In this document: piece by piece, positions 1-9,074 of the stretch
How the letters are laid out: every line of letters starts with the position of its first letter
Position numbering within the stretch: position 1 is the stretch's first letter
NCBI GenBank assembly: GCA_009392295.1
Contig: VFGW01000020.1
Location: forward strand, 124,160-188,159
Reading direction: 5' to 3'
DNA from: SAR202 cluster bacterium
Lineage (GTDB): Bacteria > Chloroflexota > Dehalococcoidia > Lucifugimonadales > GCA-2719675
DNA length: 64,000 nucleotides
Notes under the pieces: generated by a model
What the model saw: only the letters and a program-made list of their open reading frames with translations
The model's database searches: none
Told to the model about the DNA's origin: nothing
Translations under genes and position numbers: made by a program

Positions 1-221
1 CAATTTGGAGCTAAAGGAGCATTAGTTTCATATACACTTGCGGGTCCCCCAGAAAGAATAACACCTTTAGGATTAGATTTCTTGATGTCTTCCCAAGTAG
101 ATTTATGTGAAACTATCTCACAATAAACATTCAATTCTCTAATAGATCTAGCAATCAAACGACTATATTGAGAACCAAAATCTATGATAATTATAGTTTC
201 TGTATTTGAATTACTAGACAT
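1..221 (-). CDS. guaA: GMP synthase (glutamine-hydrolysing), N-terminal part only; the gene continues beyond the left edge of the window
   Basis: My manual translation of the reverse complement gives [73 protein letters not shown]. This is a typical class-I glutamine amidotransferase N-terminus of GuaA (IDFGSQY..LIAR..RE..VY, ILSGGP.SVY). The ATG is at 221-219. It is truncated, so it is absent from the ORF track. Confidence 0.85.
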   Translation of the reverse strand, partial: MSSNSNTETIIIIDFGSQYSRLIARSIRELNVYCEIVSHKSTWEDIKKSNPKGVILSGGPASVYETNAPLAPN

Positions 222-408
222 TAGATACTTTTAAAAACCCTTAGAGATAATGTTTTTTTTGCCTATTATGATGAATATCACATGTTCAACTATTGATCAA
301 TATTTATGGCAGTATACACAAGTTGATTTTTTTAAGATAAGATGGAAATCCAATGATAAATATACATTTTATTAATTTAATATTGTAGTAGGAAATCAAA
401 CACTCAAA

Positions 409-1038
409 ATGTTTAATTCAAATTATTCAGATCAAATAAATAATGCCGCTAATCTCATCGATGCTGGAGGAGTTGTAATAATACCAACTGATACACTTTA
501 CGGTCTTGCTGCTTCAGCACTAATGCCTACTGCAATTGATAAAGTTTTTAACATTAAAAAAAGAGCAAAAACACAACCTCTTCCTATTCTTATTCCAGAT
601 AATGATTATATTTACGAATACACAAAAAACATCCCCGAATTAGCATTAAAAATTACCCAAAAGTTTTGGCCAGGACCTTTAACGGTTATATTAGAAAAAA
701 GTCCTGAATTACCAGACAATTTGACTGCAGGATCCAAATATGTCGCAATCAGAATCCCAAATGAAGAAATAGTTAGATCAATATGTAGAAAATTACAATC
801 TCCAATTACAGGAACAAGTGCTAATATTTCAGGAGAAGAAGAACATACAAAATTTCAAAATATTACAATCACAAATCATAAACTAGTTGATTTAAGTATC
901 AAAAAAGATGAAGCAATCCAAGGGCAATCTTCTACTATTTTATCTTTTGCTGACTATAAAAACCCCAAAATTCTACGAGAAGGGTCAATAAAAAAATTAT
1001 CAATCGAAAATACTTTAGGAATAAAGTTAATTGATTAA
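409..1038 (+). CDS. tsaC: L-threonylcarbamoyladenylate synthase, single-domain TsaC/YrdC type
   Basis: 209 aa. Motifs IIPTDTLYGLAA, FWPGPLT, IRIP and TGTSANISG are typical of the YrdC/Sua5 fold. Confidence 0.85.
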   Translation: MFNSNYSDQINNAANLIDAGGVVIIPTDTLYGLAASALMPTAIDKVFNIKKRAKTQPLPILIPDNDYIYEYTKNIPELALKITQKFWPGPLTVILEKSPELPDNLTAGSKYVAIRIPNEEIVRSICRKLQSPITGTSANISGEEEHTKFQNITITNHKLVDLSIKKDEAIQGQSSTILSFADYKNPKILREGSIKKLSIENTLGIKLID

Positions 1039-1051
1039 GACCAATAAATAT

Positions 1052-2050
1052 CTAAGCACAAGCAGGATTATCAGAGGACCATCTACCATAAAAATCAGGA
1101 GTTCCTTCTGAAACTAATTTATTTTTTGCTTGAACCCAGGATTCAGCCCACTTTACAGGATCAGTTAAAACAGAATCAGGATCATTTTTACTTCTAGCAT
1201 TAAAACCCGGAAACCATTTTCGTCCTGTTGCTTCTCCTATAGGATTGTAACGAATATCAAAACTTACCCGAACCTGATCACTTTCATTTTCCAATGAACC
1301 ATGAACAAGTTTTTTATTGAAAACTATGACATCACCTTTATCAACAGGCAAAGGAATCATTTGGTCAGAAGCAAAGAATCTTTCAGGAATACCCGCACCA
1401 TGATTAGTATCAGCTGTACAAAATTCAAACAATTGATCTTCCCTATGACTTCTAGGAATAACTTTTAAACATCCCATTTCTTCAGTTGTTTTTCGCAAGG
1501 GTATCCAAACTGTCAACATGTTTGTATCATCAAGATCTTCAGTACCTACACCTTGATCTTGGTGCCAAACTGTTGCTCCTGATGTGTTAAAACCAGCTTT
1601 TTTAGGTTGTTCTTTTGTACTATTAACATCAAAAGACTGATTGGGCACCTTGATTCTAATATGCTGTACAGGATTTGAGTGAATTTCAGGACCAATTACT
1701 GATTCAACAATATCCAAAAGATCTGAATTAGTTAATAATTTGAATACTTCAGGTCCATGCCACATAGGTGTATCTTCATCAATTTCTTCCAATGGAAGTG
1801 AGAAATCAAAATATTGAACATGTGAACGATTTGTTTCGTTATAAACAGCTATAACTCTTTGATCAAAATTTAGATCATCATAAGTAGACGATATCTCACC
1901 ATTTGCAAATAATTCATAACAAAGTTTATTTAATACAAATTCATATTCATTAAAAACTCTATCTACAGTTTTTTTAGGATCTAAAGCATCTTTGACAATT
2001 AAGTAACCATCGTGATCCAATTTTTTTAATTGTTCAGTAGATAAAAACAT
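1052..2050 (-). CDS. Phytanoyl-CoA dioxygenase (PhyH) family Fe(II)/2-oxoglutarate oxygenase
   Basis: 332 aa. It has a PhyH-like N-terminus (LSTEQLKKLDHDGYLIVKDAL), WHQDQ (a His-x-Asp-type iron ligand context) and VHGSLEN near the C-terminus. Confidence 0.72.
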   Translation of the reverse strand: MFLSTEQLKKLDHDGYLIVKDALDPKKTVDRVFNEYEFVLNKLCYELFANGEISSTYDDLNFDQRVIAVYNETNRSHVQYFDFSLPLEEIDEDTPMWHGPEVFKLLTNSDLLDIVESVIGPEIHSNPVQHIRIKVPNQSFDVNSTKEQPKKAGFNTSGATVWHQDQGVGTEDLDDTNMLTVWIPLRKTTEEMGCLKVIPRSHREDQLFEFCTADTNHGAGIPERFFASDQMIPLPVDKGDVIVFNKKLVHGSLENESDQVRVSFDIRYNPIGEATGRKWFPGFNARSKNDPDSVLTDPVKWAESWVQAKNKLVSEGTPDFYGRWSSDNPACA

Positions 2051-2212
2051 ATTAATACTTTCTTGTAATTAATATAACGTATTATCATTATTCCATCTGT
2101 ATTAGTGTCTTTCAAGCGAAATGAAAACATTTTATATTATAAATACTTGAAATTTAACTAATAAGTCAATTAAATTTATAACAATTTGTAAATTAGCATG
2201 AGGTAAAATTAA

Positions 2213-2692
2213 ATGTACAATATATTTTCTATTTCTATTATCACATCACTATTTTATGTTTTAATGGTTGCTTGTTCAAGTACAACCGATAACCAACAAA
2301 ATCTAAACTCATCAAATAGTAATAACGGAATAATTTCTAAACCTACTGTAATGTTAAGTTTAGGTGAAACTCGTAAAGAAAAAACTTTACCTTTAAAATT
2401 TTATGAATGGGATGGTACTCAACAATTAGTAAGTATACCTAGCGGAGGTACTGAGGGTCAGGCACTCAAAAATAAAGAAAATATGTGTGTTTTACAACAT
2501 GATAATTCCACAGAAGCTCCGATTGTTGAAGGTGATTCTGCAAAAGTAATTGAAAAAGCGGAATGTGAATGGGTGTTATATAAAGGCGATGGCGCTATGA
2601 AAAAATATAACATAGGAATCTATAAAATTGAAACTAATGGTAATTCAGGCTGGACTTGGAGTTCTTCAATCAAATTAGAAGGTGAAGAATAA
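2213..2692 (+). CDS. Hypothetical lipoprotein
   Basis: 159 aa. A hydrophobic leader ends in a lipobox-like LMVAC-SS and is followed by an N/S/Q-rich linker. GAGG lies about 10 nt upstream of the ATG. I recognise no family. Confidence 0.55.
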   Translation: MYNIFSISIITSLFYVLMVACSSTTDNQQNLNSSNSNNGIISKPTVMLSLGETRKEKTLPLKFYEWDGTQQLVSIPSGGTEGQALKNKENMCVLQHDNSTEAPIVEGDSAKVIEKAECEWVLYKGDGAMKKYNIGIYKIETNGNSGWTWSSSIKLEGEE

Positions 2693-2709
2693 CTTTAATC
2701 ATAAATAAA

Positions 2710-3147
2710 ATGTTTTTTAAATATTCTATTCGATACATTCTGATAATACTTTTCAGTAAGTTGCATAAGTTTCTTTATAATTTATCTGGCGGTAGATTTA
2801 TGTATAGTTTGGTTGGATTACCTGTAATATTTCTTACAACTACAGGTAGAATTTCAAATAAACCCCGTACAACTCCTTTAATCTATATGAAAGATAAAGA
2901 TGATTTTATTTGTGTTGCTTCATTTGGAGGTTATAAAAAACATCCTGATTGGTATTTAAACATCAAAAAAAATAATCAATTATCTATAAATGTTAAAGGT
3001 AAAAACTTCGATGCAATAAGTAATACAATTGTTGGCAAAGAAAAAACTGATATGTGGCAGAGAATAATTCAATTTTATCCTGGATTTCAAAAATATCAAG
3101 AAAGAACAAGTCGAGAAATTCAAATTGTTAGAATAAGTATTATATGA
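2710..3147 (+). CDS. Deazaflavin-dependent nitroreductase-like protein (DUF385 / Ddn family)
   Basis: 145 aa. The pattern GR.S.KPRTTPL.Y...D..FICVASFGG..KHPDWYLN......I.V.G.....A......EK...W......YP.F..YQ..T.REI.IVR matches the F420H2-dependent quinone/nitroreductase family. Confidence 0.62.
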   Translation: MFFKYSIRYILIILFSKLHKFLYNLSGGRFMYSLVGLPVIFLTTTGRISNKPRTTPLIYMKDKDDFICVASFGGYKKHPDWYLNIKKNNQLSINVKGKNFDAISNTIVGKEKTDMWQRIIQFYPGFQKYQERTSREIQIVRISII

Positions 3148-3154
3148 CGAACTA

Positions 3155-3988
3155 ATGTATAAAAAAATCAACATAGTAATAACTGGTGCAACTTCAGGGA
3201 TTGGATTTCAAACCTGTAAATTATTGTCCTCACAAGAATTTAATATAATTGGAACTGGTTCTACAAAAATATCATGCTTGGATGCTAGGAAAAAATTTAA
3301 AAGAGATAACATCAAATTTTTTGATTGTGACTTATCAGATCATAATTCAATTAAATTACTTTCTCAGAAAATTGAATCTGAATTCCAAACAATTGATATC
3401 TTGGTAAATAATGCAGGTAAACTTTTCATAAAACCTGAATTAGATCCAAAAGGAATAGAAAAAACATTTTCTGTGAATTATCTAGGTCATTATTTATTAA
3501 CAAGATTATTATTGAAAAAAATTTTAACCTCCAATTGTCCAAGAATAATAAATGTGTCCTCTGTTGCTCATAAAAGAGGAATATTAGACCTTTCACAGTT
3601 GAATAATACTAATTTAACTGCGTTCCAAGCATACTCTAGAAGTAAATTATCTCAAATTTTATTTATGAAAATTCTTTCAAAAAAATTAGAATCATCAAAC
3701 ATAACTATTAGTTCATTGCATCCCGGATTGATAGGAACAAATTTATTATCAAAAAATGGATTTTGGGGTAAGTTATTAACATTAGGACACAAACTGGTTG
3801 GTAAATCCACTGATTCAGGTGCAAAAAATGTTTTATACAATATTAAATCTGAAAATACACACAATATGTATTTTTCAAATTCAAAAAATGAAAAATTATC
3901 AAACTATGCTAACGACATTAATCTAGCTAATGAACTTTGGGATATCAGTGCAAAGCTCTGTGGTTTATCAACAAAATTGGAAATTTAA
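3155..3988 (+). CDS. Short-chain dehydrogenase/reductase (SDR) family oxidoreductase
   Basis: 277 aa. It has the TGATSGIGF cofactor motif, NNAG, and the catalytic YSRSK (YxxxK). Confidence 0.85.
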   Translation: MYKKINIVITGATSGIGFQTCKLLSSQEFNIIGTGSTKISCLDARKKFKRDNIKFFDCDLSDHNSIKLLSQKIESEFQTIDILVNNAGKLFIKPELDPKGIEKTFSVNYLGHYLLTRLLLKKILTSNCPRIINVSSVAHKRGILDLSQLNNTNLTAFQAYSRSKLSQILFMKILSKKLESSNITISSLHPGLIGTNLLSKNGFWGKLLTLGHKLVGKSTDSGAKNVLYNIKSENTHNMYFSNSKNEKLSNYANDINLANELWDISAKLCGLSTKLEI

Positions 3989-4002
3989 TTATTAATATAA
4001 AT

Positions 4003-4803
4003 CTAGATTTTTATATCCAACAATTTCATAGCATTTAAACCCAATATTTTCTTTTTATCATCATTAGAAATATCGGCTGTAACTATCTTTGCTATTTGAG
4101 TTCTGTAATCCAATATAGGTACATCAGATCCAAATAGAATCTTATCTCCCAAATTATGATTTCTTACAGCATCATAAACAGCATATAGACCATTACCTGA
4201 ACCACTGGTTTCTAGCCAAATATTAGGTAATTCCACTGCAGCAGAAGTAGCCCAATTAAGGTCTTCTTTCTTGGAAGCACTACCAGCATGAGCTATTACC
4301 CATTTGATATTGGGATAATTTATAGTAAAATTTTCAAATCTTTTAAAAGTAAAATCGCTAGTAGACATGGATGGAGTCCCTGGTGGATCTGATGGAAATC
4401 TAGTATGTGCCATTATTGCAATTCCTCTATGATTTGCCCATTCCATTATGGGTTTATATCCCAATGAATCACTAGGTTGACCATAATAGTCAGGGTAAAT
4501 TTTTAGATATTTAAATTTTAGTTGATCAAATGATCTATCTAACTCATATATACATTCTTCCGGATAATGAGGTGTTACAAAAGCTACACCAATAAACCTA
4601 TCAGGATATAAAGAAATAAACCTGTTTTGTATTAAATCATTTCCATATCTAGCATCAGCAAAAAATATAGAATTAATACATGTTTTATCAACACCTATTA
4701 AATCCATTTGCTTTAGATACAATTTAGGATCATCAGAAAATCCTCTATTATTCCAACTTCCACCATGAGCATGAAAATCAATTATAGGGGTGTTTATTTT
4801 CAA
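4003..4803 (-). CDS. Metal-dependent amidohydrolase (amidohydrolase-2 / PF04909-like TIM barrel)
   Basis: 266 aa. It has IDFHAHGG at the N-terminus, a later AHAG, and FGSD near the C-terminus. It is a clear paralogue of the CDS at 44604-45365. Confidence 0.72.
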   Translation of the reverse strand: MKINTPIIDFHAHGGSWNNRGFSDDPKLYLKQMDLIGVDKTCINSIFFADARYGNDLIQNRFISLYPDRFIGVAFVTPHYPEECIYELDRSFDQLKFKYLKIYPDYYGQPSDSLGYKPIMEWANHRGIAIMAHTRFPSDPPGTPSMSTSDFTFKRFENFTINYPNIKWVIAHAGSASKKEDLNWATSAAVELPNIWLETSGSGNGLYAVYDAVRNHNLGDKILFGSDVPILDYRTQIAKIVTADISNDDKKKILGLNAMKLLDIKI

Positions 4804-4811
4804 ATTAATCC

Positions 4812-5969
4812 TCAGTAAGTTTTATTCAGCTTAAATCTATCTAAAGAAAATAATCCAAGATCAAATTCAGTACCACCATCAACTATTAAATCAGAAATTA
4901 ATTCTCCAATCACACTGGCAAATTTAAATCCATGACCAGAGAAACCTGATGCAATAAAAACGTTATCATTACCCGGGAGATAATCTAACACAAAATGGCT
5001 ATCTGGAGTGTTTGTAAAAATACAAACTTGAGAAAATAAAGGTTCCGTACTTGTAGATTGGAAATATTTATCCATTGGAACTCTAAGTGTTGAGATATCT
5101 AACTTAGTAATTTCACGATTGATTAAATCAGGATTGATTTTTTCCTCTAAATGGCCATATCTTCCAATTTTCATTCCTTCGTAATGATGTATAGGGAATC
5201 CATAATATCTGCCTTCAGGAACTTCCATATTAAAAACAGGAAATTTATCAACGTTATAATTTTCAGGACTCACAGGCTTAAACCAAGAAACAACTTGTCT
5301 TTCCGGAGTTAAAATATTACTCATTTTATTCTCAATAATTCCAGTCCATGCACCTGCTGTAAAAACTAATTTCTTAGTTTTAAAATTGCCATCTGAAGTA
5401 AACACAGTGATAATATTTCCATCTGATTCCCAGTTAAAAACTTTACAATTCTGCTTTACATCAGCTCCATTATTTATACTTTCGTTAACGTACATGTTGA
5501 TACAAGACTCTGGAACTAAAAATCCTCCATCTTTCTGAAATACGGAGAAATACTCTTCAGGTAATAAATATGCCGGAAATTTTTCAGATAACTCATTACC
5601 TCTGAATATTTCATGAGGCAGATCAAATTCTTCACACGCCTTCCTAGATCCAATTATAGTTTCACTGTTTTCTAAACCAATATCTAATGCACCGGTAATA
5701 TTTAATAATCTTTTGTTATAAATTTTTTCAAGTTGAAGCCAACGAGCATGTGCTCTTAGCACCAATGGAACATATTCTATACCTTCATAATACGCAAGAC
5801 GAATGATTCTAGAGAATCCATGTGAAGACCCTTTGTCATGACCAATTTCGAATTGTTCTATCCCTAATACATCTAGACCTTTGGATGATAACTCGAACAA
5901 ACTAGCAGAACCCATTCCACCTAAACCAATTACTATGCAATCATACATATTTTTATCTTTGTGTTTCAA
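4812..5969 (-). CDS. FAD-dependent amine oxidase, monomeric sarcosine oxidase / N-methyltryptophan oxidase (SolA)-like
   Basis: 385 aa. It has the dinucleotide fold YDCIVIGLGGMGSAS, GSSHGFSRIIRLAY, and VCIFTNTPDSHFVLD, which resembles the covalent-FAD Cys context of MSOX/MTOX. The true start may be the internal Met at 5948 (MYDCIV). Confidence 0.72.
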   Translation of the reverse strand: MKHKDKNMYDCIVIGLGGMGSASLFELSSKGLDVLGIEQFEIGHDKGSSHGFSRIIRLAYYEGIEYVPLVLRAHARWLQLEKIYNKRLLNITGALDIGLENSETIIGSRKACEEFDLPHEIFRGNELSEKFPAYLLPEEYFSVFQKDGGFLVPESCINMYVNESINNGADVKQNCKVFNWESDGNIITVFTSDGNFKTKKLVFTAGAWTGIIENKMSNILTPERQVVSWFKPVSPENYNVDKFPVFNMEVPEGRYYGFPIHHYEGMKIGRYGHLEEKINPDLINREITKLDISTLRVPMDKYFQSTSTEPLFSQVCIFTNTPDSHFVLDYLPGNDNVFIASGFSGHGFKFASVIGELISDLIVDGGTEFDLGLFSLDRFKLNKTY

Positions 5970-6028
5970 AATATTAATATTGTGTTATATAATTTGAATA
6001 TTCTAACATTTATTTTAAGGATTAAAAC

Positions 6029-6985
6029 ATGGAAGCTTTACTAATTGTTATAGGAATAATCGTTTTTGTACTTTTTAATTCAATTTTTACTGTTAAACAA
6101 CAAACATTTAAATCGATTGAAAGATTTGGAAAATTCGTTAGAATAGCGAATCCTGGAATAAATATAAAAATACCATTCATAGAAAAAGCAAGTCGACCTG
6201 AAAGTATGCGAATACGACAATTAGATGTCCCTGTTGAAACAAAAACTGAAGACAATGTATTTGTCAGTGTAGCTATCTCAGTGCAATATCAAATTTTACC
6301 CGGTAAACAATTTGATGCTTTTTACAGGCTTGACAACGCAGAACGTCAAATTACTGCTTATGTTTTTGACGTAGTTCGTGCCAGAGTGCCTAAACTTTCA
6401 CTAGATGACCTTTTTGAGAAAAAAGACGAAATAGCAGATGCAGTTAAAGAAGAACTCGATGATATTATGGGACAATTTGGATATGGAATTGTTAAAGCAC
6501 TAGTTACTGATTTAGATCCAGATCAAAAAGTGAAATCAGCAATGAATGAAATTAATGAAGCTCAAAGATTAAGAGTTGCTGCAAATGAAAGGGGAGAGGC
6601 TGATAAAATCCTTATAGTTAAAGAAGCTGAAGCCCAAGCAACAAGTAATGCATTACGAGGAAAAGGTATAGCTGACGAAAGAAAAGCAATTATAGATGGA
6701 TTAAAAGCCTCAATTGATGATTTCCAAAAAAGTATTAGTGGCACTGGCCCTATGGAAGTAATGAACCTTGTTTTATTAACTCAATATTTTGACAGTTTAA
6801 AAAGTATTGCTTCTACTGATAATAATTCAAGTATTTTTATTCCACACAGTCCAGGTTCTTTAAGCGACTTTTCATCACAAATGCGTGATGCGTTACTACA
6901 AGCAGGTCAAGTAACAGAAAAAACCAACACAAATACAAAATCACAAAAAAATCAAAACACTCAATCCACAAAAGATAATAACTAA
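6029..6985 (+). CDS. SPFH / band-7 (stomatin-prohibitin-HflC like) membrane protein
   Basis: 318 aa. An N-terminal TM helix is followed by a band-7 core (VKQQTFKSIERFGKF, VSVAISVQYQI) and a helical EA-rich segment. The C-terminal tail is low-complexity and T/N/Q/K-rich. Confidence 0.85.
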   Translation: MEALLIVIGIIVFVLFNSIFTVKQQTFKSIERFGKFVRIANPGINIKIPFIEKASRPESMRIRQLDVPVETKTEDNVFVSVAISVQYQILPGKQFDAFYRLDNAERQITAYVFDVVRARVPKLSLDDLFEKKDEIADAVKEELDDIMGQFGYGIVKALVTDLDPDQKVKSAMNEINEAQRLRVAANERGEADKILIVKEAEAQATSNALRGKGIADERKAIIDGLKASIDDFQKSISGTGPMEVMNLVLLTQYFDSLKSIASTDNNSSIFIPHSPGSLSDFSSQMRDALLQAGQVTEKTNTNTKSQKNQNTQSTKDNN

Positions 6986-7002
6986 TTTAAAGGAAGGTTA
7001 TC

Positions 7003-7149
7003 ATGCCAGAAGTTACAATTGATTGGAATGCAGGTAGAACTGATGAACAGAAAAAAGAAATTGCTGAAGTAATTACTAAAGCATTAGTTGATATAGGAAA
7101 TGCACCAAAAGAAAATGTTAAAATAGAATTTATTGATAACCCTGTTTAA
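7003..7149 (+). CDS. 4-oxalocrotonate tautomerase family protein (48 aa, not in the supplied ORF track)
   Basis: My manual translation gives MPEVTIDWNAGRTDEQKKEIAEVITKALVDIGNAPKENVKIEFIDNPV. It has Pro at position 2 (catalytic Pro1 after Met removal), GRT.EQK..., and P.E.V.V near the end. A strong SD (AAGGAAGG, 6990-6997) lies 5 nt before the ATG. The 3' end overlaps the convergent gene by 4 nt. Confidence 0.65.
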   Translation: MPEVTIDWNAGRTDEQKKEIAEVITKALVDIGNAPKENVKIEFIDNPV

Positions 7150-8009
7150 ATTTTCTGAAACTTACTAACCCGTTCTGCAGGAGTTAGTTCAGCTACATAA
7201 ATACTTCCTTCTGAATCAACTGTAATTCCATGACCAGAAATTATGCTTCCTTTACCTGGACCTTTATCACCATGCCATCTTGTGATTAGTTCTCCTTCTT
7301 TTGTCCAAATACTTATTCCTCCTTGTATAGTTTGTTCTACAACATAAAAAACCCCATCTTTGATCCAAATATCTCCAGGCATGAATAAATCACCCCATTC
7401 ATTAATATAATTTCCATCATCATCAAAAATTTGAATTCTATTATTTTCTCTATCACAAACATATATTAAGTCGTCTTCATCAATGGTTAAATTATGAACT
7501 ATGGCAAATTCTCCTGGTCCTGTTCCAAATGTTCCCCATGATTTAATTAATTCACCAGATGAATTAAATTTATGAATTTTTTTATTTCCATATCCATCTG
7601 AAACAAAAATGTCTCCTTTAGAAGAAATTGATAATCCAGTAGGCATATTAAATGGTTTTCCATAGAAAGTATCAGAAGGTTTAAATTTATTACCAATCGT
7701 TTGAGTTAATTCTCCATTAGGCCGGTGTTTAGTTGCTATATGAAACCAAGAGTCTACCAACCAAATATCCCCATCTTCTTTAATAAAAATTCCATGTTCA
7801 TTATCTGAAAAACTTCCTTCTCCCCAAGAAGTAATAAAATCTCCAGATTTGTCCCAAACAGTTAAAGGATGTAGGCCTCTACTAAAAACATAAATTTCAT
7901 CGTTATTACTTACTGACACATCCGAAGTCGATCCAAATTGCCAATATCTTGGTAAATTGGGCCAACAATCAACGACTTCATATTTGTAATCCCCATTTCC
8001 AACTATCAT
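7146..8009 (-). CDS. NHL-repeat six-bladed beta-propeller protein (peptidyl-alpha-hydroxyglycine lyase-like)
   Basis: 287 aa. It has repeated blade motifs (G.IFVSDGYGN.KIHKF...G, IYVCDRENNRIQIFD..G) and no signal peptide. Confidence 0.7.
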   Translation of the reverse strand: MIVGNGDYKYEVVDCWPNLPRYWQFGSTSDVSVSNNDEIYVFSRGLHPLTVWDKSGDFITSWGEGSFSDNEHGIFIKEDGDIWLVDSWFHIATKHRPNGELTQTIGNKFKPSDTFYGKPFNMPTGLSISSKGDIFVSDGYGNKKIHKFNSSGELIKSWGTFGTGPGEFAIVHNLTIDEDDLIYVCDRENNRIQIFDDDGNYINEWGDLFMPGDIWIKDGVFYVVEQTIQGGISIWTKEGELITRWHGDKGPGKGSIISGHGITVDSEGSIYVAELTPAERVSKFQKI

Positions 8010-8031
8010 CGTAATCCTTTCATTTTTATTT

Positions 8032-8952
8032 TTATAAACCTACTGTATTTAAAATTATAGAATATATCGATTTGTCAGCAGTAATATATAACCTGTTCTT
8101 TAATTTACCACCCCAACAACAATTAGCAGTACGATCTTCAGGAACTAAAATTTTTCCAATTAAGTCCCCAAGTGGATTTAATACTTGAATACCATCCCAA
8201 GCGCTTGTAAATATATTTCCATTGCTATCAATACGTAAACCATCTGGAACACCTGGTCTTATTACGGCAAAAATCTTAGAAGATACTACTTGATAATCAT
8301 CATTTAATTCTAAGCGTTTTATATCGCCAGGTTCGCCACTGTCAGTTACATATAAATATTTTTCATCTGGTGAAAAACACAAACCATTTGGTTTATCAAA
8401 TTCATCTGAAAGAATTTCAAGAATATTTCTATCAGTTCTAAATCTAAAAACATAATTTTCTTTAAGCTCAGATTCAGCTTTATAACCTTCATCATCAGAA
8501 AGAATCCCATAGGGAGGATCAGTAAAAAATATATCACCTTTTGAATTCTCAACTAAATCATTAGGAGAATTTAACTTTTTTCCTTGATAATTATCTATAA
8601 TATTAGTAATTGTGCCATTATTTTCAGTTCTAGTAATATTTCTAGTACCATGTTGACAAGTAATCAATCTTCCTTTTGAGTCCACAAAGTTTCCATTACT
8701 AAAATCAGATGATTCTCGAAAAACAGAAACCCCATCAAAATCGCTCCATTTAATGATTTTGTTGTTAGGTATATCACTAAATAATAAATAATCTCCATCA
8801 ACAAAATAAGCAGGTCCCTCAGTCCATTCAAACCCTGTAGCATGGTGTACCAATTGCGGATCATCTCCTAAAATTAATTTAAAGCTATTTTCATAAACTT
8901 CAAAACCACTGATAATTTCATCCTGATTACGAAAATTTGACACCATTTTCAA
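8032..8952 (-). CDS. SMP-30 / gluconolactonase / LRE family protein
   Basis: 306 aa. Motifs are WTEGPAY, NSPNDL, FFTDPPYG, PNGLCFSPDEKYLYV and PDGLRIDSNGNIF. Confidence 0.8.
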   Translation of the reverse strand: MKMVSNFRNQDEIISGFEVYENSFKLILGDDPQLVHHATGFEWTEGPAYFVDGDYLLFSDIPNNKIIKWSDFDGVSVFRESSDFSNGNFVDSKGRLITCQHGTRNITRTENNGTITNIIDNYQGKKLNSPNDLVENSKGDIFFTDPPYGILSDDEGYKAESELKENYVFRFRTDRNILEILSDEFDKPNGLCFSPDEKYLYVTDSGEPGDIKRLELNDDYQVVSSKIFAVIRPGVPDGLRIDSNGNIFTSAWDGIQVLNPLGDLIGKILVPEDRTANCCWGGKLKNRLYITADKSIYSIILNTVGL

Positions 8953-9074
8953 CTCCTTAATTTGCTTATTTTATGTTGATAACTATATCTAGGATTCGCA
9001 AGTTATTATTTCGTAATAGATTAACATAGAATTCAGCTGAAACGTGATCAAATTTCAAGAACAAACCATTTAAA

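Noticed and set aside
2980-3174. 64-aa minus-strand ORF spanning the junction of the Ddn-like and SDR genes; also 3652-3864, 6022-6255 and 6562-6744
   Set aside because: They are antisense to supported genes. Their products are hydrophobic and low-complexity, as is typical of AT-rich antisense frames.
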